This document shows positions 50,592-60,632 of a stretch of 64,000 nucleotides of DNA, in pieces (position 1 is the stretch's first letter; each line of letters begins with the position of its first letter). The position numbers and the translations under genes are program-made. The notes beneath the pieces were generated by a model that made no database searches, was not told the DNA's origin, and saw nothing but the letters and a program-made list of their open reading frames with translations. This DNA is from Synechococcales cyanobacterium VAR_4_metabat_354 (lineage in GTDB: Bacteria > Cyanobacteriota > Cyanobacteriia > Cyanobacteriales > Chamaesiphonaceae), in assembly GCA_031414775.1 (NCBI GenBank), contig JANOQI010000059.1:14182-78181 (forward strand), given 5' to 3'.

Positions 50592-51095
50592 CTAACCAAT
50601 CGAACTGATGAACCAAACTAGACTACCCGCACCAATTGCACCCAGCATCGACAAAAAAGTTAGCTGGATGCGTCGAATCACTGGTTGGACTTCATGGACG
50701 GCTAGCAACCGGTCGCGAGCCAAGATTTCCGCAGTTTTTGTCCAAGTCTGGCCATCGTACCAACCAGATTCTTCATAAACTACCGCATCCGATCGCAGCC
50801 TGCGATCGACATGCTGCCAGCCGGTATACAAGTAGGTAGCCGCCAGCGCCACAAATAGCAAAGCACCACCCATACTAGCTAACGCAAAGTGCCATGGCTC
50901 ACGATGCAGCGAAAAACTAACATCGGCAATGGGAGCAGTAATCACCAGACCAAATAACCAAATCCGCAGTAGTTTGTAACCATAAGCCGCCATCGTCAGC
51001 TTACCCCACTTAAAAAACCAAGATTCTTGCAATTCTTGATATTCGTTAATGGGTTGTTGCTCCTTCGGCACCGGACAGGGAGAAACGCTAGACAT
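50592..51095 (-). CDS. CGLD27/DUF1230 (Ycf36-like) protein
   Basis: CPVPKEQQPINEY..SWFF; YEESGWYDGQTW. Confidence 0.9.
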   Translation of the reverse strand: MSSVSPCPVPKEQQPINEYQELQESWFFKWGKLTMAAYGYKLLRIWLFGLVITAPIADVSFSLHREPWHFALASMGGALLFVALAATYLYTGWQHVDRRLRSDAVVYEESGWYDGQTWTKTAEILARDRLLAVHEVQPVIRRIQLTFLSMLGAIGAGSLVWFISSIG

Positions 51096-51099
51096 CACT

Positions 51100-51489
51100 T
51101 TAGGTAAAATCAGGCAGAGGAATAACTTCGCCATGACTCCAGAAAGCCTCTAGGTTATAGAACTCTCGATCATCTGGCGACATGATGTGCACAATCACAT
51201 CACCATAATCGACCAACACCCAATTGCCTTTACCGGCACCTTCAGTACTCATCGGCACGATGTTGAAATGTTCTTTGATTTTGTCTTGAATTGACTCGGC
51301 AATCGCCCGTAGCTGCGCACGGGAGTAGCCAGTGACGATCAAAAAATAGTCGGCCATAAAGGATACTTCGGAGACTTTTAGTAATAGCATATCGCCAGCT
51401 TTGCGATCGTCCGCCGCTTCGGCAGCCAACAGGGAGAGCTGCTCACTGGTATAGGTGAGAGTAGGATTGGCCATCAAGGTATTGTTCAT
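51100..51489 (-). CDS. rsfS: Ribosome silencing factor
   Basis: DDRKAGD, ADYFLIVTG, WVLVDYGDVIVH, REFYNLEAFW. Confidence 0.95.
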   Translation of the reverse strand: MNNTLMANPTLTYTSEQLSLLAAEAADDRKAGDMLLLKVSEVSFMADYFLIVTGYSRAQLRAIAESIQDKIKEHFNIVPMSTEGAGKGNWVLVDYGDVIVHIMSPDDREFYNLEAFWSHGEVIPLPDFT

Positions 51490-51507
51490 AGATTATTGTA
51501 AAAATTT

Positions 51508-52131
51508 TTAGACAGTAGCAGGTTTGAGAGCAGTGGTCATCGCCCAATTGCGCGTCCGCACCGTGCGGGGATGAATTTGTTTACGAGCCGCAATGAGATG
51601 TTGCAGGCTATAGTCACAGGTGTGCCAAACGGCTCGCACCAGATCTTCGGAGCTAGTCCGCCGCAGCGTTTGTAAAATTTCGTCATCACCCCGGCCAGGT
51701 TCTAAGCTGTCGGCCAAAAACACCACGCAGCTCAGTGCCGACATCCCTGGCCGACCAAGGGTATGGTCAGCGATCGCCTGCAAGATTTCGGGGTCAGTGA
51801 CTTGAAACTCATCACGGGCGACAATTGCACCCACATCGGCATGAAGGAGATGCGGAGTTGCCATATCTACTTCATCTAATTCTAGTCCCTCGGTTTGCGC
51901 CATGGCCAACAACCGCTGGGGTTTAAAATATTTGGCGAGGTCGTGCATCAATCCAGCTAGAGCCGCTTTCTCCACATCCAGATTGTGGCGTTTGGCCAGA
52001 TCGATCGACATGGCTTCTACACCCAAAATATGATTAACCCGATGTTCAGAAACATTTTCTTGGAGCCAAGTGATCACCCGTGCGCGCATAGATAACTTAG
52101 GACTTGCACTAAATAATTGAGTAGGAATCAT
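51508..52131 (-). CDS. yqeK: HD-domain Ap4A hydrolase YqeK
   Basis: RVNHILGV, GLMHDLAK, LLHA, HTLG, FLADSLEP; start 52089 or 52131. Confidence 0.88.
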   Translation of the reverse strand: MIPTQLFSASPKLSMRARVITWLQENVSEHRVNHILGVEAMSIDLAKRHNLDVEKAALAGLMHDLAKYFKPQRLLAMAQTEGLELDEVDMATPHLLHADVGAIVARDEFQVTDPEILQAIADHTLGRPGMSALSCVVFLADSLEPGRGDDEILQTLRRTSSEDLVRAVWHTCDYSLQHLIAARKQIHPRTVRTRNWAMTTALKPATV

Positions 52132-52225
52132 TCTAACGCACTGTTTAACTATGTGTAGAAGATGAAGTAAGAGAAACAATTTGGTTTAGAATTGCCGGTG
52201 TTGTAATTAGTCCGATAAGTATCAT

Positions 52226-53017
52226 ATGTCACTAATTAAAAAATGCCTGGCTGAGTTCATAGGCACCTTCTGGTTAGTATTTGGTGGTTGTGGTAGCGCC
52301 GTCTTGGCCGCTGCCTATACAGAAGTAAACACCCAATCTGCCGCCGCTGGTGGAGCAGCTGCGACGGCAGCTGCTGCTAAAGCTTCGTTGGGGATTGGTA
52401 CCTTTGGAGTATCAGTCGCTTTCGGTCTGACTGTATTAACGATGGCTTATGCTATCGGCCATATTTCTGGTTGTCACCTTAATCCAGCTGTTTCGTTTGG
52501 TTTGTGGGCTGGCAAGCGCTTTCCCTCTTCCGAATTACTCCCTTACATCATTGCCCAAGTAGCCGGTGCAACTTTAGCTGGAGGATGGATTTATGCGATC
52601 GCTAGTGGCAAAGCAGGTTACGCTCTCACTGGGACGGGTCCTTTAGCTACAAATGGTTTTGCAGAGCATTCACCCCAAGCATATTCGCTATTTGCCTGTT
52701 TTATGACCGAAGTATTGCTGACTTTTGTTTTTTTGTTTGTCATTCTGGGTGCTACAGATAAACGCGCTCCCCAAGGCTTTGCTCCAATTCCGATCGGATT
52801 GGTTCTTACTCTGATTCACTTAATCAGTATTCCCATCACCAATACTTCCGTAAATCCTGCTCGGAGTACTGGACCAGCGATCATTGTAGCTATCTTCGGC
52901 AAAGCTGAGCTATTGGGTCAAGTTTGGTTATTTTGGGTAGCACCAATTTTGGGCGCAATCCTAGCTGGATTTCTGTATCACAGCATGTTTGAAGAAAAGA
53001 ATTCTTTTAACAATTAA
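52226..53017 (+). CDS. aqpZ: Aquaporin Z
   Basis: [11 protein letters not shown] and [10 protein letters not shown]. Confidence 0.95.
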   Translation: MSLIKKCLAEFIGTFWLVFGGCGSAVLAAAYTEVNTQSAAAGGAAATAAAAKASLGIGTFGVSVAFGLTVLTMAYAIGHISGCHLNPAVSFGLWAGKRFPSSELLPYIIAQVAGATLAGGWIYAIASGKAGYALTGTGPLATNGFAEHSPQAYSLFACFMTEVLLTFVFLFVILGATDKRAPQGFAPIPIGLVLTLIHLISIPITNTSVNPARSTGPAIIVAIFGKAELLGQVWLFWVAPILGAILAGFLYHSMFEEKNSFNN

Positions 53018-53036
53018 TTTTCATCCATTACACAAA

Positions 53037-53076
53037 AAAGTAGGTTTGCTGAAATAACATCAGCAAACCTACTTTA
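53037..53076. terminator. Bidirectional terminator between aqpZ and ampG
   Basis: AAAGTAGGTTTGCTGA / TCAGCAAACCTACTTT. Confidence 0.75.
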
Positions 53077-53108
53077 TTTTATTAGGTTGTTGCTTTCCTT
53101 GATTAATT

Positions 53109-54431
53109 TTAAAGAATAGGATCTTCAGGCATATCGGCATTCCAAGGTGCCATAAAAAACAGCATAATCATTCCGGGTAAGGCAATTGCCAGTGTCGCTA
53201 GAAAGAAACCTCCCCAGCCAGCTAATCCAGCTGCCCCAGGCGCAGCTCCCAATCTGGTAGCCAATTCCCCCGCCAATGGACCGGCAATTAGATCTCGACC
53301 TACAGCCATCAGGCTGGACAACAGCGCAAACTGAGTAGCAGAAAATTCTGGGTTACATAAACTCATCAGATATCCCACAAATCCTGCAACAGCCAGACCA
53401 CTGCAAAAGTTTTCCACATTAATAGCCAACACCATCGCAGTGAGATTATTGCCAGCTAACGCTAAAAAGTAATAGGCCAAATTACTAGCCGCTTGTAAAC
53501 CACCAAAAATCCAGAGAGAACGGTTAATACCTAATTTACTTAAAAAGGAACCACCTGCCAACGTGCCCACGATAGTAGCAATTAAGCCCATACCTTGACG
53601 GATATTACCGATATCCGTATCACTAAAGCCTAAACCTTTAGCCCCGAGAAAGGGAACAGCCATTTTAGCGACCATCGCATCGCCAACTCGAAACAAGACA
53701 ATAAAGATTAAAACCAAAATAGCTTGTTGAGTGCCCAAGCGACGGAAAAATTCTAGAAAGGGCTGAACTACCGCTTCGGCAATGCTTTGCGGGGCAGTAT
53801 TGGCCTTGGCATTAGGAGCTAGGAAGGAACCGATAATTCCAATCCCTAAAAATACTGCCATTACTCCATATACCGATGCCCAGCCAATCCGATCGGCCAA
53901 CACAAAGGAAATCCAACCGGTCAGCAGTAACGCTACTCGATAACCCAAAAGTGCTACAGACGCACCAGCTCCTACTTCTAATTTCCCCACGACATCTGTC
54001 CGATAGGCATCGGTGGCAATATCTTGGGTGGCGCTTAAGAAAGCGATCGTCACAGCTGTAACGGCAACCAATCCTAATGCATTTTTTCTGCCGTCAGCAT
54101 CTAGCCCGGCAATTACTCCCATCTGACTAGCCAAAAATAAAATCGCAGCGAACAGTCCAACCTGAGTTGCTAAAATCCAACCCCGTCTTCTTCCCAAAAA
54201 AGGTAGCCGAAAGCGATCGATAAAAGGTGACCACAAAAATTTCAAAGAGTAAGGTAAGCCCACCAAGCTCAGCCAGCCAATAGTTTTAACATTAAAACCA
54301 GTTTTAGTGAGCCATGCGGCAAAAGCATCATTAATCAGGGCATATGGCAAACCAGAGGCAAAACCCAGCAGCAGAATTGCTACCATTTTGCGGCTGTTGA
54401 AAACTTTAAAATAAGAGGAAATTGAGTTCAT
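53109..54431 (-). CDS. ampG: AmpG-family muropeptide MFS permease
   Basis: LGFASGLP, KFLWSPFIDR..GRRRGW, SATQDIATDAYR, SATQFALLSS. Confidence 0.9.
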   Translation of the reverse strand: MNSISSYFKVFNSRKMVAILLLGFASGLPYALINDAFAAWLTKTGFNVKTIGWLSLVGLPYSLKFLWSPFIDRFRLPFLGRRRGWILATQVGLFAAILFLASQMGVIAGLDADGRKNALGLVAVTAVTIAFLSATQDIATDAYRTDVVGKLEVGAGASVALLGYRVALLLTGWISFVLADRIGWASVYGVMAVFLGIGIIGSFLAPNAKANTAPQSIAEAVVQPFLEFFRRLGTQQAILVLIFIVLFRVGDAMVAKMAVPFLGAKGLGFSDTDIGNIRQGMGLIATIVGTLAGGSFLSKLGINRSLWIFGGLQAASNLAYYFLALAGNNLTAMVLAINVENFCSGLAVAGFVGYLMSLCNPEFSATQFALLSSLMAVGRDLIAGPLAGELATRLGAAPGAAGLAGWGGFFLATLAIALPGMIMLFFMAPWNADMPEDPIL

Positions 54432-54440
54432 CAGAAAATT

Positions 54441-55765
54441 GGGTAGAAACCCCGTCCTTTTAGGACGGCTTTACAGGCGCAAACGGAGTTAAGGCGAATG
54501 CACTATGGATATTTCTAGCAATCTCACAAAAGATATGCTAGAATGTGAGCATGGAGAAAGCCTATCGCTACCGTTTCTATCCCACAGCCGAGCAAGAAAG
54601 TCTCTTGCGCCAGACAATGGGATGTACGCGGCTAGTGTATAACAAGGCTTTGGCTGCTAGGACTCAAGCTTGGTATGAGCGACAAGAGCGAGTTGGCTAT
54701 AGTCAGACTTCCTCCATGCTGACAAGTTGGAAACAGCAAGAAGATCTTGACTTTTTGAATGATGTTAGCTGCGTACCTCTTCAGCAGGGGCTTAGACATC
54801 TCCAAACCGCGTTTACCAACTTCTTTGCTGGTCGGGCAAAATATCCCAACTTTAAGAAGAAGCATCACGGTGGCAGTGCTGAATTTACCAAGTCGGCTTT
54901 CCGACGGAAAGATGGACAAGTATTTCTGGCTAAATGTATCGAAGCTTTGCCAATTCGCTGGAGTAGAAAGATTCCCGAAGGCTGTGCCCCATCGACCATA
55001 ACTGTCAAGTTGACGGCAGCTGGTCATTGGTTCGTAGCCTTGCTTGTGGATGACCATACAGTTAAGCCACTCCCCAAGACGGATAAATCTATCGGATTGG
55101 ATGTTGGGATAACTAGCCTGATTGCCACCAGTAACGGTGATAGGATTGCTAACTCCAAGCACTTTAAGCAACTCCGCAAGAAGTTGAAACGAGTGCAAAA
55201 AGCACTTTCTCGCAAACAAAAAGGGAGTAACAACAGGCATAAAGTAAGGTTGCAAGTGGCAAGAGTCCACGCGCAAATTACCGATGCTAGAAAAGATTTT
55301 TTGCACAAGCTGACGACTCAACTGGTTCGTGAAAACCAAACGATAGTAGTTGAGGATTTGGCTATCAAAAATATGGTCAAGAACCATAAACTTGCCCTTG
55401 CTATTAGCGATGCTAGTTGGGGCGAACTGATTCGTCAACTCGCTTACAAATGCGAATGGTACGGACGAGAACTGATTAAAGTCGACCGATGGTTTCCAAG
55501 CTCTAAAAGGTGTGGGAACTGTGGGCATATCGTAGATAAGCTGCCGTTGAATATTAGAGAGTGGGAATGTCCTAAATGTGGGATGAACCATGATCGAGAT
55601 ATTAATGCCAGTAAGAATATTTTGGCGGCTGGGCTAGCCGTTTCAGTCTGTGGAGCAACTGTAAGACCCGAAGAGAGTAAATCTCGGAAGGCTGGTGCTT
55701 TGAAGCAGAAACCTAAATAGCGATGTTTAGGAATCCCCACGCCTTCAGGTTGGGGAGCATGTCAA
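54441..55765 (+). mobile_element. IS200/IS605-family element carrying only tnpB
   Basis: Left hairpin CCGTCCT-TTT-AGGACGG (54452-54468); right hairpin ending GTCAA at 55765; left boundary approximate. Confidence 0.8.
54545..55720 (+). CDS. tnpB: RNA-guided endonuclease TnpB
   Basis: AYRYRFYPT HTH; RuvC GLDVG / VVEDL / DRDINA; CGNC..CPKC Zn finger. Confidence 0.95.
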   Translation: MSMEKAYRYRFYPTAEQESLLRQTMGCTRLVYNKALAARTQAWYERQERVGYSQTSSMLTSWKQQEDLDFLNDVSCVPLQQGLRHLQTAFTNFFAGRAKYPNFKKKHHGGSAEFTKSAFRRKDGQVFLAKCIEALPIRWSRKIPEGCAPSTITVKLTAAGHWFVALLVDDHTVKPLPKTDKSIGLDVGITSLIATSNGDRIANSKHFKQLRKKLKRVQKALSRKQKGSNNRHKVRLQVARVHAQITDARKDFLHKLTTQLVRENQTIVVEDLAIKNMVKNHKLALAISDASWGELIRQLAYKCEWYGRELIKVDRWFPSSKRCGNCGHIVDKLPLNIREWECPKCGMNHDRDINASKNILAAGLAVSVCGATVRPEESKSRKAGALKQKPK

Positions 55766-55969
55766 ATGATGTTTTTTATCAAAAAGACCAATTGGAGGCT
55801 GTAAAAAATATCTACAACAGAAGCCATTACCATGCCATAGGTTTGAATCAGACAGCATCATCGCATAATGGCGCGACAATCAACAACATGACTAATTAAT
55901 TTTTAATTTGTTGCAGATTTACCCAGCAGTTATTATGGGTAAATAGCCGCTAGCCAGCGAAAACTAAAC

Positions 55970-56608
55970 ATGACAGTCACCATCCCTTTGCAAGACCTGG
56001 AAGTCACCCCCGGTAATCGAGTTGGCATTCATCACCTTTCTTGGCCAGATTTTACCAATATCCTGGAAAATCTGAGCGAAAATCGCTCTACTCGTGTCGC
56101 CTACCATGCTGGCACCCTAGAAATCATGTCACCGCTAGCTGCTCACGAAAGACCACACCGGATTATTGCCGCCATCATCACCACCATTCTTGAAAGTCAA
56201 GAACGGGACTGGGAAGACTTCGGCTCTACTACCATTAAGCGATCGCCAGTCGCTGGGATTGAACCAGATACCTGCTTTTATATTCAAAATGCAGCTCAGG
56301 TACAAGGTTGCACGAACCTCGATTTAGCGAATTATCCCCCGCCAGATTTGGCCATTGAATCCGACTTAACTTCCGTAACTGTAATTAGTGCTTACGTGGC
56401 CTTACAAGTCCCAGAAGTCTGGGTTTATCGTAATCAACAAATGACTATTTATGTTTTAGAAAACCAAAACTACCAAGAATCCATCGTCAGTTCAGCCTTT
56501 CCGACGCTGCCAATCGCTACCTTGATTCCCCAATTGGTGCAACAGGCCATGAACATCGGCACCAGAAAAACCCTGCAAAACCTCAGACAAATGTTGAGTA
56601 ATCCATGA
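55970..56608 (+). CDS. Uma2-family endonuclease
   Basis: GTLEIMSP..HE, IEPDTCFY, PPDLAIESD, VPEVW. Confidence 0.9.
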   Translation: MTVTIPLQDLEVTPGNRVGIHHLSWPDFTNILENLSENRSTRVAYHAGTLEIMSPLAAHERPHRIIAAIITTILESQERDWEDFGSTTIKRSPVAGIEPDTCFYIQNAAQVQGCTNLDLANYPPPDLAIESDLTSVTVISAYVALQVPEVWVYRNQQMTIYVLENQNYQESIVSSAFPTLPIATLIPQLVQQAMNIGTRKTLQNLRQMLSNP

Positions 56609-57267
56609 GTAACCGCACCATCCAACTCGACGATCGACTTTACACTTATTTACAATCGGTAGCCGTTCGAGAACCAAAAATCTTAGCTCAACTGCGCGCC
56701 GAAACCAACCAGCATCCCCAAGCCGTGATGCAAATTGCCCCCGATCAGGGACAGTTTATGGGCTTGCTGGTACAGCTCTTGGGAGTCAAAAAAGCGATCG
56801 AAGTCGGTACTTTTACGGGCTACAGTGCGCTGGTGATGGCCTTGGCCATGCCCGAAGATGGTCAATTGATTACCTGTGATGTGAATCCCCAAGATACTGC
56901 GATCGCCCAACGCTACTGGGCAGCTGCTGGGGTTAGTCACAAAATTGAGCTGAAATTGGGGCAGGCGATCGATACCCTCCAGAACCTATTAGATCAAGGT
57001 GCGGCCAATACTTTTGATTTAGCCTTCATCGATGCCGATAAAAGCGGCTATCCCCAATACTACGAAGCTTGTTTAAGGCTCTTACGTCCCGGTGGCTTAA
57101 TTTTGATCGATAACGTGCTCTGGTCTGGTGCTGTCGCTGATCCGACAATTACGGATCAGCGCACGACAATCTTGCGCGAGTTAAACCGCCAAATCCATCA
57201 AGACGATCGAGTGAATATTAGTCTGCTGCCGATCGGCGATGGCTTAACCTTAGCTATGAAAAAGTAA
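56605..57267 (+). CDS. SAM-dependent O-methyltransferase (caffeoyl-CoA OMT-like)
   Basis: IEVGTFTGYS, FDLAFIDADK, DNVLWSG, PIGDG. Confidence 0.92.
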   Translation: MSNRTIQLDDRLYTYLQSVAVREPKILAQLRAETNQHPQAVMQIAPDQGQFMGLLVQLLGVKKAIEVGTFTGYSALVMALAMPEDGQLITCDVNPQDTAIAQRYWAAAGVSHKIELKLGQAIDTLQNLLDQGAANTFDLAFIDADKSGYPQYYEACLRLLRPGGLILIDNVLWSGAVADPTITDQRTTILRELNRQIHQDDRVNISLLPIGDGLTLAMKK

Positions 57268-57278
57268 AATCCCCTAAC

Positions 57279-57749
57279 CTAGCCCCGCTTCATCGCTCTC
57301 GCAATATCTCGTTGATCGTCTTTCTTCCGTAGATCATCTCGTTTGTCGTAGAGTTTCTTACCGCGTGCCAGTGCGATCGATACCTTGACTTTTCCATTCT
57401 TCAAATACATCTTGACCGGGACTAAAGTCAGACTTTGTTGGTCTACTTTACCCACCAACTGCCGAATTTCTTTTTTATGCAGCAGCAGCTTCCGGGTTCG
57501 CGTCGGCTCATGATTGTAGTAAGCACTAGTCGTGGCATGAGCTGAAATATGCGTATTCAGTAGCCAAGCCTCACCATTCCGGATCAAGCCATAGCTGTCT
57601 CGCAAATTAATTTTGCCCGCCCGAATCGACTTCACTTCAGTGCCAGTCAAAGATATTCCAGCTTCCAGTACCTCCAGGAATTCATATTGAAACCTGGCCT
57701 GTCGGTTGTCGGCTAATACCTTAATTCCTGTATTTTTCTTCTCACTCAT
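57279..57749 (-). CDS. smpB: SsrA-binding protein
   Basis: NRQARFQY, EAGISLTGTEVKSIR, RKLLLHKKEI, GKKLYDKR. Confidence 0.97.
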   Translation of the reverse strand: MSEKKNTGIKVLADNRQARFQYEFLEVLEAGISLTGTEVKSIRAGKINLRDSYGLIRNGEAWLLNTHISAHATTSAYYNHEPTRTRKLLLHKKEIRQLVGKVDQQSLTLVPVKMYLKNGKVKVSIALARGKKLYDKRDDLRKKDDQRDIARAMKRG

Positions 57750-57764
57750 GAGATCCAGTATAGC

Positions 57765-58835
57765 CTACAGCAAATGTTCCCAGTCGATATTTTCCTTGAT
57801 TTTCCCCAGCACTCCTTTAATTTCCTGAGTCCGATTTTTATCTACCACCAAAGTCACATTGCCATCTCGCACTACCACAATATCCTCTAGGCCAATGGTC
57901 ACAATCACTTCATCACTACTGCTAGCATAGAGAATTGCCCCCGCAGTGTCCAAGCCAATATGCTGGGCTAACTCCACATTAAGATTATGACTAACATCAC
58001 CTTTTAAAAGTCGTTCGATCGCATTCCAATCGCCCATATCATCCCAACCAAAACTGGCCGGTAGCACGTAAGCTAGCTTGGTTTTCTCCATCAAGGCATA
58101 ATCAACGCTCTGCTTCGTAATCGTAGGATAAGCATCCAAACCAGATTCCATCAAAGGCTGAATAATGTGCGGCGCATGCAACTGCATCTCAGTTAACAAA
58201 GTCTGGGCGGTGAAAATAAACATCCCACTGTTCCAGGTATAATTACCGATCTTCAGAAATTCAGTAGCAGTCTCTTGATCTGGCTTTTCCGCAAATCGGC
58301 TCACCTTGTAAGCTTTTTGTCCCAAATATTCACCAGCAATTTCGCCTTCTTGAATGTAGCCATAGCCAGTCGATGGAAAATGTGGGGCAATTCCCAAGGT
58401 AACGATCGCAGGCTGTTGCTGAGCCAATGCTGCCGCCGCTTGGAGAGTCTGATTAAAGCCAGCTTCATCAGCAATGTAATGATCGGCTGGGAAAAAGCCC
58501 ACAGTAGCCTTTTGTCCATGTCGTGCCGCCACCGCCAAGGTTGACCAAGCCACCGCTGCTGCTGTATCACGGCCTTCTGGCTCCACCAGCAAATTCGTAA
58601 GAGGTAATTCTGGGAGTTGTTCTTGTACTCCTTTCGCCAACTGAGCCGAAGTCACCACCCAGACATTATCCCAGCCCCCAGCAATTTCTAGTAGCCGTTG
58701 GGCAGTGGCTTGTAGAAGGCTCACTCCACTCCCATCTAAAGACAAAAATTGTTTAGGACGATGCTTACGGCTCAACGGCCAAAAGCGTTCACCTTTACCA
58801 CCAGCTAGAATGATCGGAATCAAAGTTTTGGTCAT
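57765..58835 (-). CDS. manC: Mannose-1-phosphate guanylyltransferase
   Basis: ILAGGKGERFWPLSR..PKQF, EPEGRDTA, PADH, FAEKP, WNSGMF, SVDYALME. Confidence 0.9.
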   Translation of the reverse strand: MTKTLIPIILAGGKGERFWPLSRKHRPKQFLSLDGSGVSLLQATAQRLLEIAGGWDNVWVVTSAQLAKGVQEQLPELPLTNLLVEPEGRDTAAAVAWSTLAVAARHGQKATVGFFPADHYIADEAGFNQTLQAAAALAQQQPAIVTLGIAPHFPSTGYGYIQEGEIAGEYLGQKAYKVSRFAEKPDQETATEFLKIGNYTWNSGMFIFTAQTLLTEMQLHAPHIIQPLMESGLDAYPTITKQSVDYALMEKTKLAYVLPASFGWDDMGDWNAIERLLKGDVSHNLNVELAQHIGLDTAGAILYASSSDEVIVTIGLEDIVVVRDGNVTLVVDKNRTQEIKGVLGKIKENIDWEHLL

Positions 58836-59035
58836 GGGTGAGGAATCGATTGGTATATTCACAAACAAAAGTGCCAAATAGCAAGTCTAGGGCGATCGGG
58901 TTGTAGCTTACTGCTATATGGCTCAGCACAATCTGCTCAACCCTTAAACACAGAAATTAAAGTATGGGTTGAGCATGGCCGTCCCACAGACGAGCTTGTC
59001 ATCCGAATGGCATTGCCTTTGGCAATAACTCGGCG

Positions 59036-59167
59036 TTAATCTTCGTGATCGTCGAACGGGTCATCCAATTGAGCAGCTGGCGGTCCAAAAGAGAGATACA
59101 AACCATAGCCAGTAATAGCTACGATGATCGCCCCCAGCGAAATACTAAGAACTGTTGCGGATTCCAT
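59036..59167 (-). CDS. psbN: Photosystem II protein PsbN
   Basis: MESATVLSIS..LYLSFGPPAAQLDDPFDDHED, divergent from psbH. Confidence 0.95.
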   Translation of the reverse strand: MESATVLSISLGAIIVAITGYGLYLSFGPPAAQLDDPFDDHED

Positions 59168-59254
59168 AGGAGTTACAAGTTGCGAATGGTATACTTCTAT
59201 AATATATTGCGATATGTTAAAGCACACTTTTTATAGCTTATTTTTTGGTGACCT

Positions 59255-59455
59255 ATGGGACAACGTACAAAGTTAGGCGATATTCTTAGACCATTAAACT
59301 CCGAGTACGGTAAGGTCGTCCCAGGTTGGGGAACCACACCGGTAATGGGTATTTTTATGGTTCTGTTTGCGATATTTTTATTAATCATCTTGCAAATCTA
59401 CAATTCTTCACTGGTACTCGACGGCTTCTCCGTCAACTGGGGCGGAGTTAAGTAA
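59255..59455 (+). CDS. psbH: Photosystem II protein PsbH
   Basis: [26 protein letters not shown]. Confidence 0.97.
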   Translation: MGQRTKLGDILRPLNSEYGKVVPGWGTTPVMGIFMVLFAIFLLIILQIYNSSLVLDGFSVNWGGVK

Positions 59456-59539
59456 CAGTAGGCCGTCATTAACCAACGGGGTAGGGGAAGAGTATTTCTT
59501 CTGCTGCCCCTTTTATATTAAGTGTTTTTGAACGTGGTT

Positions 59540-59842
59540 ATGAGTAATCAAACATCCCCTAAGCTGCAAAATCATCCCCAAGAAAAGAAAGACCGAGAGA
59601 CAATTAGCCAGATTATGCAGGGCAATGCCGCAGACCCCATAAATTTAGCAGAATTAGCTAGACTTCGTATTCGTTACCAAGGATTTCCGGGCGCGGTAGC
59701 AATTAAAGATAGTCTTAACCAAATCATGAAACAATTAGGACTCACCGAAACAGAACTTTTTGCCAAAACTCGTGAAATCCACAACAATGAGCGAATCTAT
59801 CAAGTTCGCAGTAAATTTCAAGAGCAAGAAGACTGGACATAG
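59540..59842 (+). CDS. DUF3288-like cyanobacterial protein
   Basis: QNHPQ..DR; NLAELARLRIRYQGFPGA; LFAKTREIH. Confidence 0.8.
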   Translation: MSNQTSPKLQNHPQEKKDRETISQIMQGNAADPINLAELARLRIRYQGFPGAVAIKDSLNQIMKQLGLTETELFAKTREIHNNERIYQVRSKFQEQEDWT

Positions 59843-60021
59843 GAACGGTGGCATCACCCCAATTGTCAGCTCGGGGTATTCTACAGAATGAAGCAATATG
59901 GTATTCTACCTTTGGCTGACGACTGAGCAAAAGTCTGTGTGAGAGTCAGTTTAGCACTTGCATAGAGTAAAATTTCCTGGTCAAAGTTGGTTTATCAATT
60001 CCATTAATCGCCTTTATTAAT

Positions 60022-60582
60022 ATGTCTGAATTATCCCATCCCGAAGATAGTGAACTAAACGATTTAGTGAATTTGACAGATGAAACTGGTCGAACTCTTA
60101 GTTGCTATGTCGAAAAATATCTAGAATTGGATTCTAAGACTTATTTATTACTCTTGCCAGTCGATTCTCCGATCGAGATCTTTGCCTGGAATGAAGACGA
60201 AGAAGATTCAGCTGAACTGACGGCGATCGATGAAGATGCTCAAATTGCGAAAGTCTTCGCCGATGCCAGTGCTGTTTTATCGGAGCAAAATCTAGCTCTC
60301 AAGCAAACAGCCTATACCCTGACAGCATCCGGCGACTTACCACCCCTCGATCCAGAAGAAATTTTGCAAATTGACCTAGAAGGAGAAGATTTGGAGCCAG
60401 AGGAATTTCAAATTCTTTGTCACTTTTATAACGAAGAACAAGAATATGTCATCTGCACTCCGGTAGATCCACTATTATTTTTCGGCAAAAAAAACGAGCA
60501 GGGCATAGTAGAATTGCTATCCGATCAAGAGTCTGATGAAATTGGTCCACGCCTCGAAGATATCCTTCTTGATGAAGCTTGA
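60022..60582 (+). CDS. DUF3727-like acidic protein
   Basis: LTDETGRTLSCYVE..YLLLLPVD; upstream of mltG. Confidence 0.8.
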   Translation: MSELSHPEDSELNDLVNLTDETGRTLSCYVEKYLELDSKTYLLLLPVDSPIEIFAWNEDEEDSAELTAIDEDAQIAKVFADASAVLSEQNLALKQTAYTLTASGDLPPLDPEEILQIDLEGEDLEPEEFQILCHFYNEEQEYVICTPVDPLLFFGKKNEQGIVELLSDQESDEIGPRLEDILLDEA

Positions 60583-60632
60583 TTGGTAAAGCCCAAATTT
60601 CTGATGCCATTGATTCCTGAACTACTACAACT

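Noticed and set aside
54632..55591. 319-aa antisense ORF within tnpB
   Set aside because: Fully shadows a clear tnpB and has no motifs; probably a codon-pattern artefact
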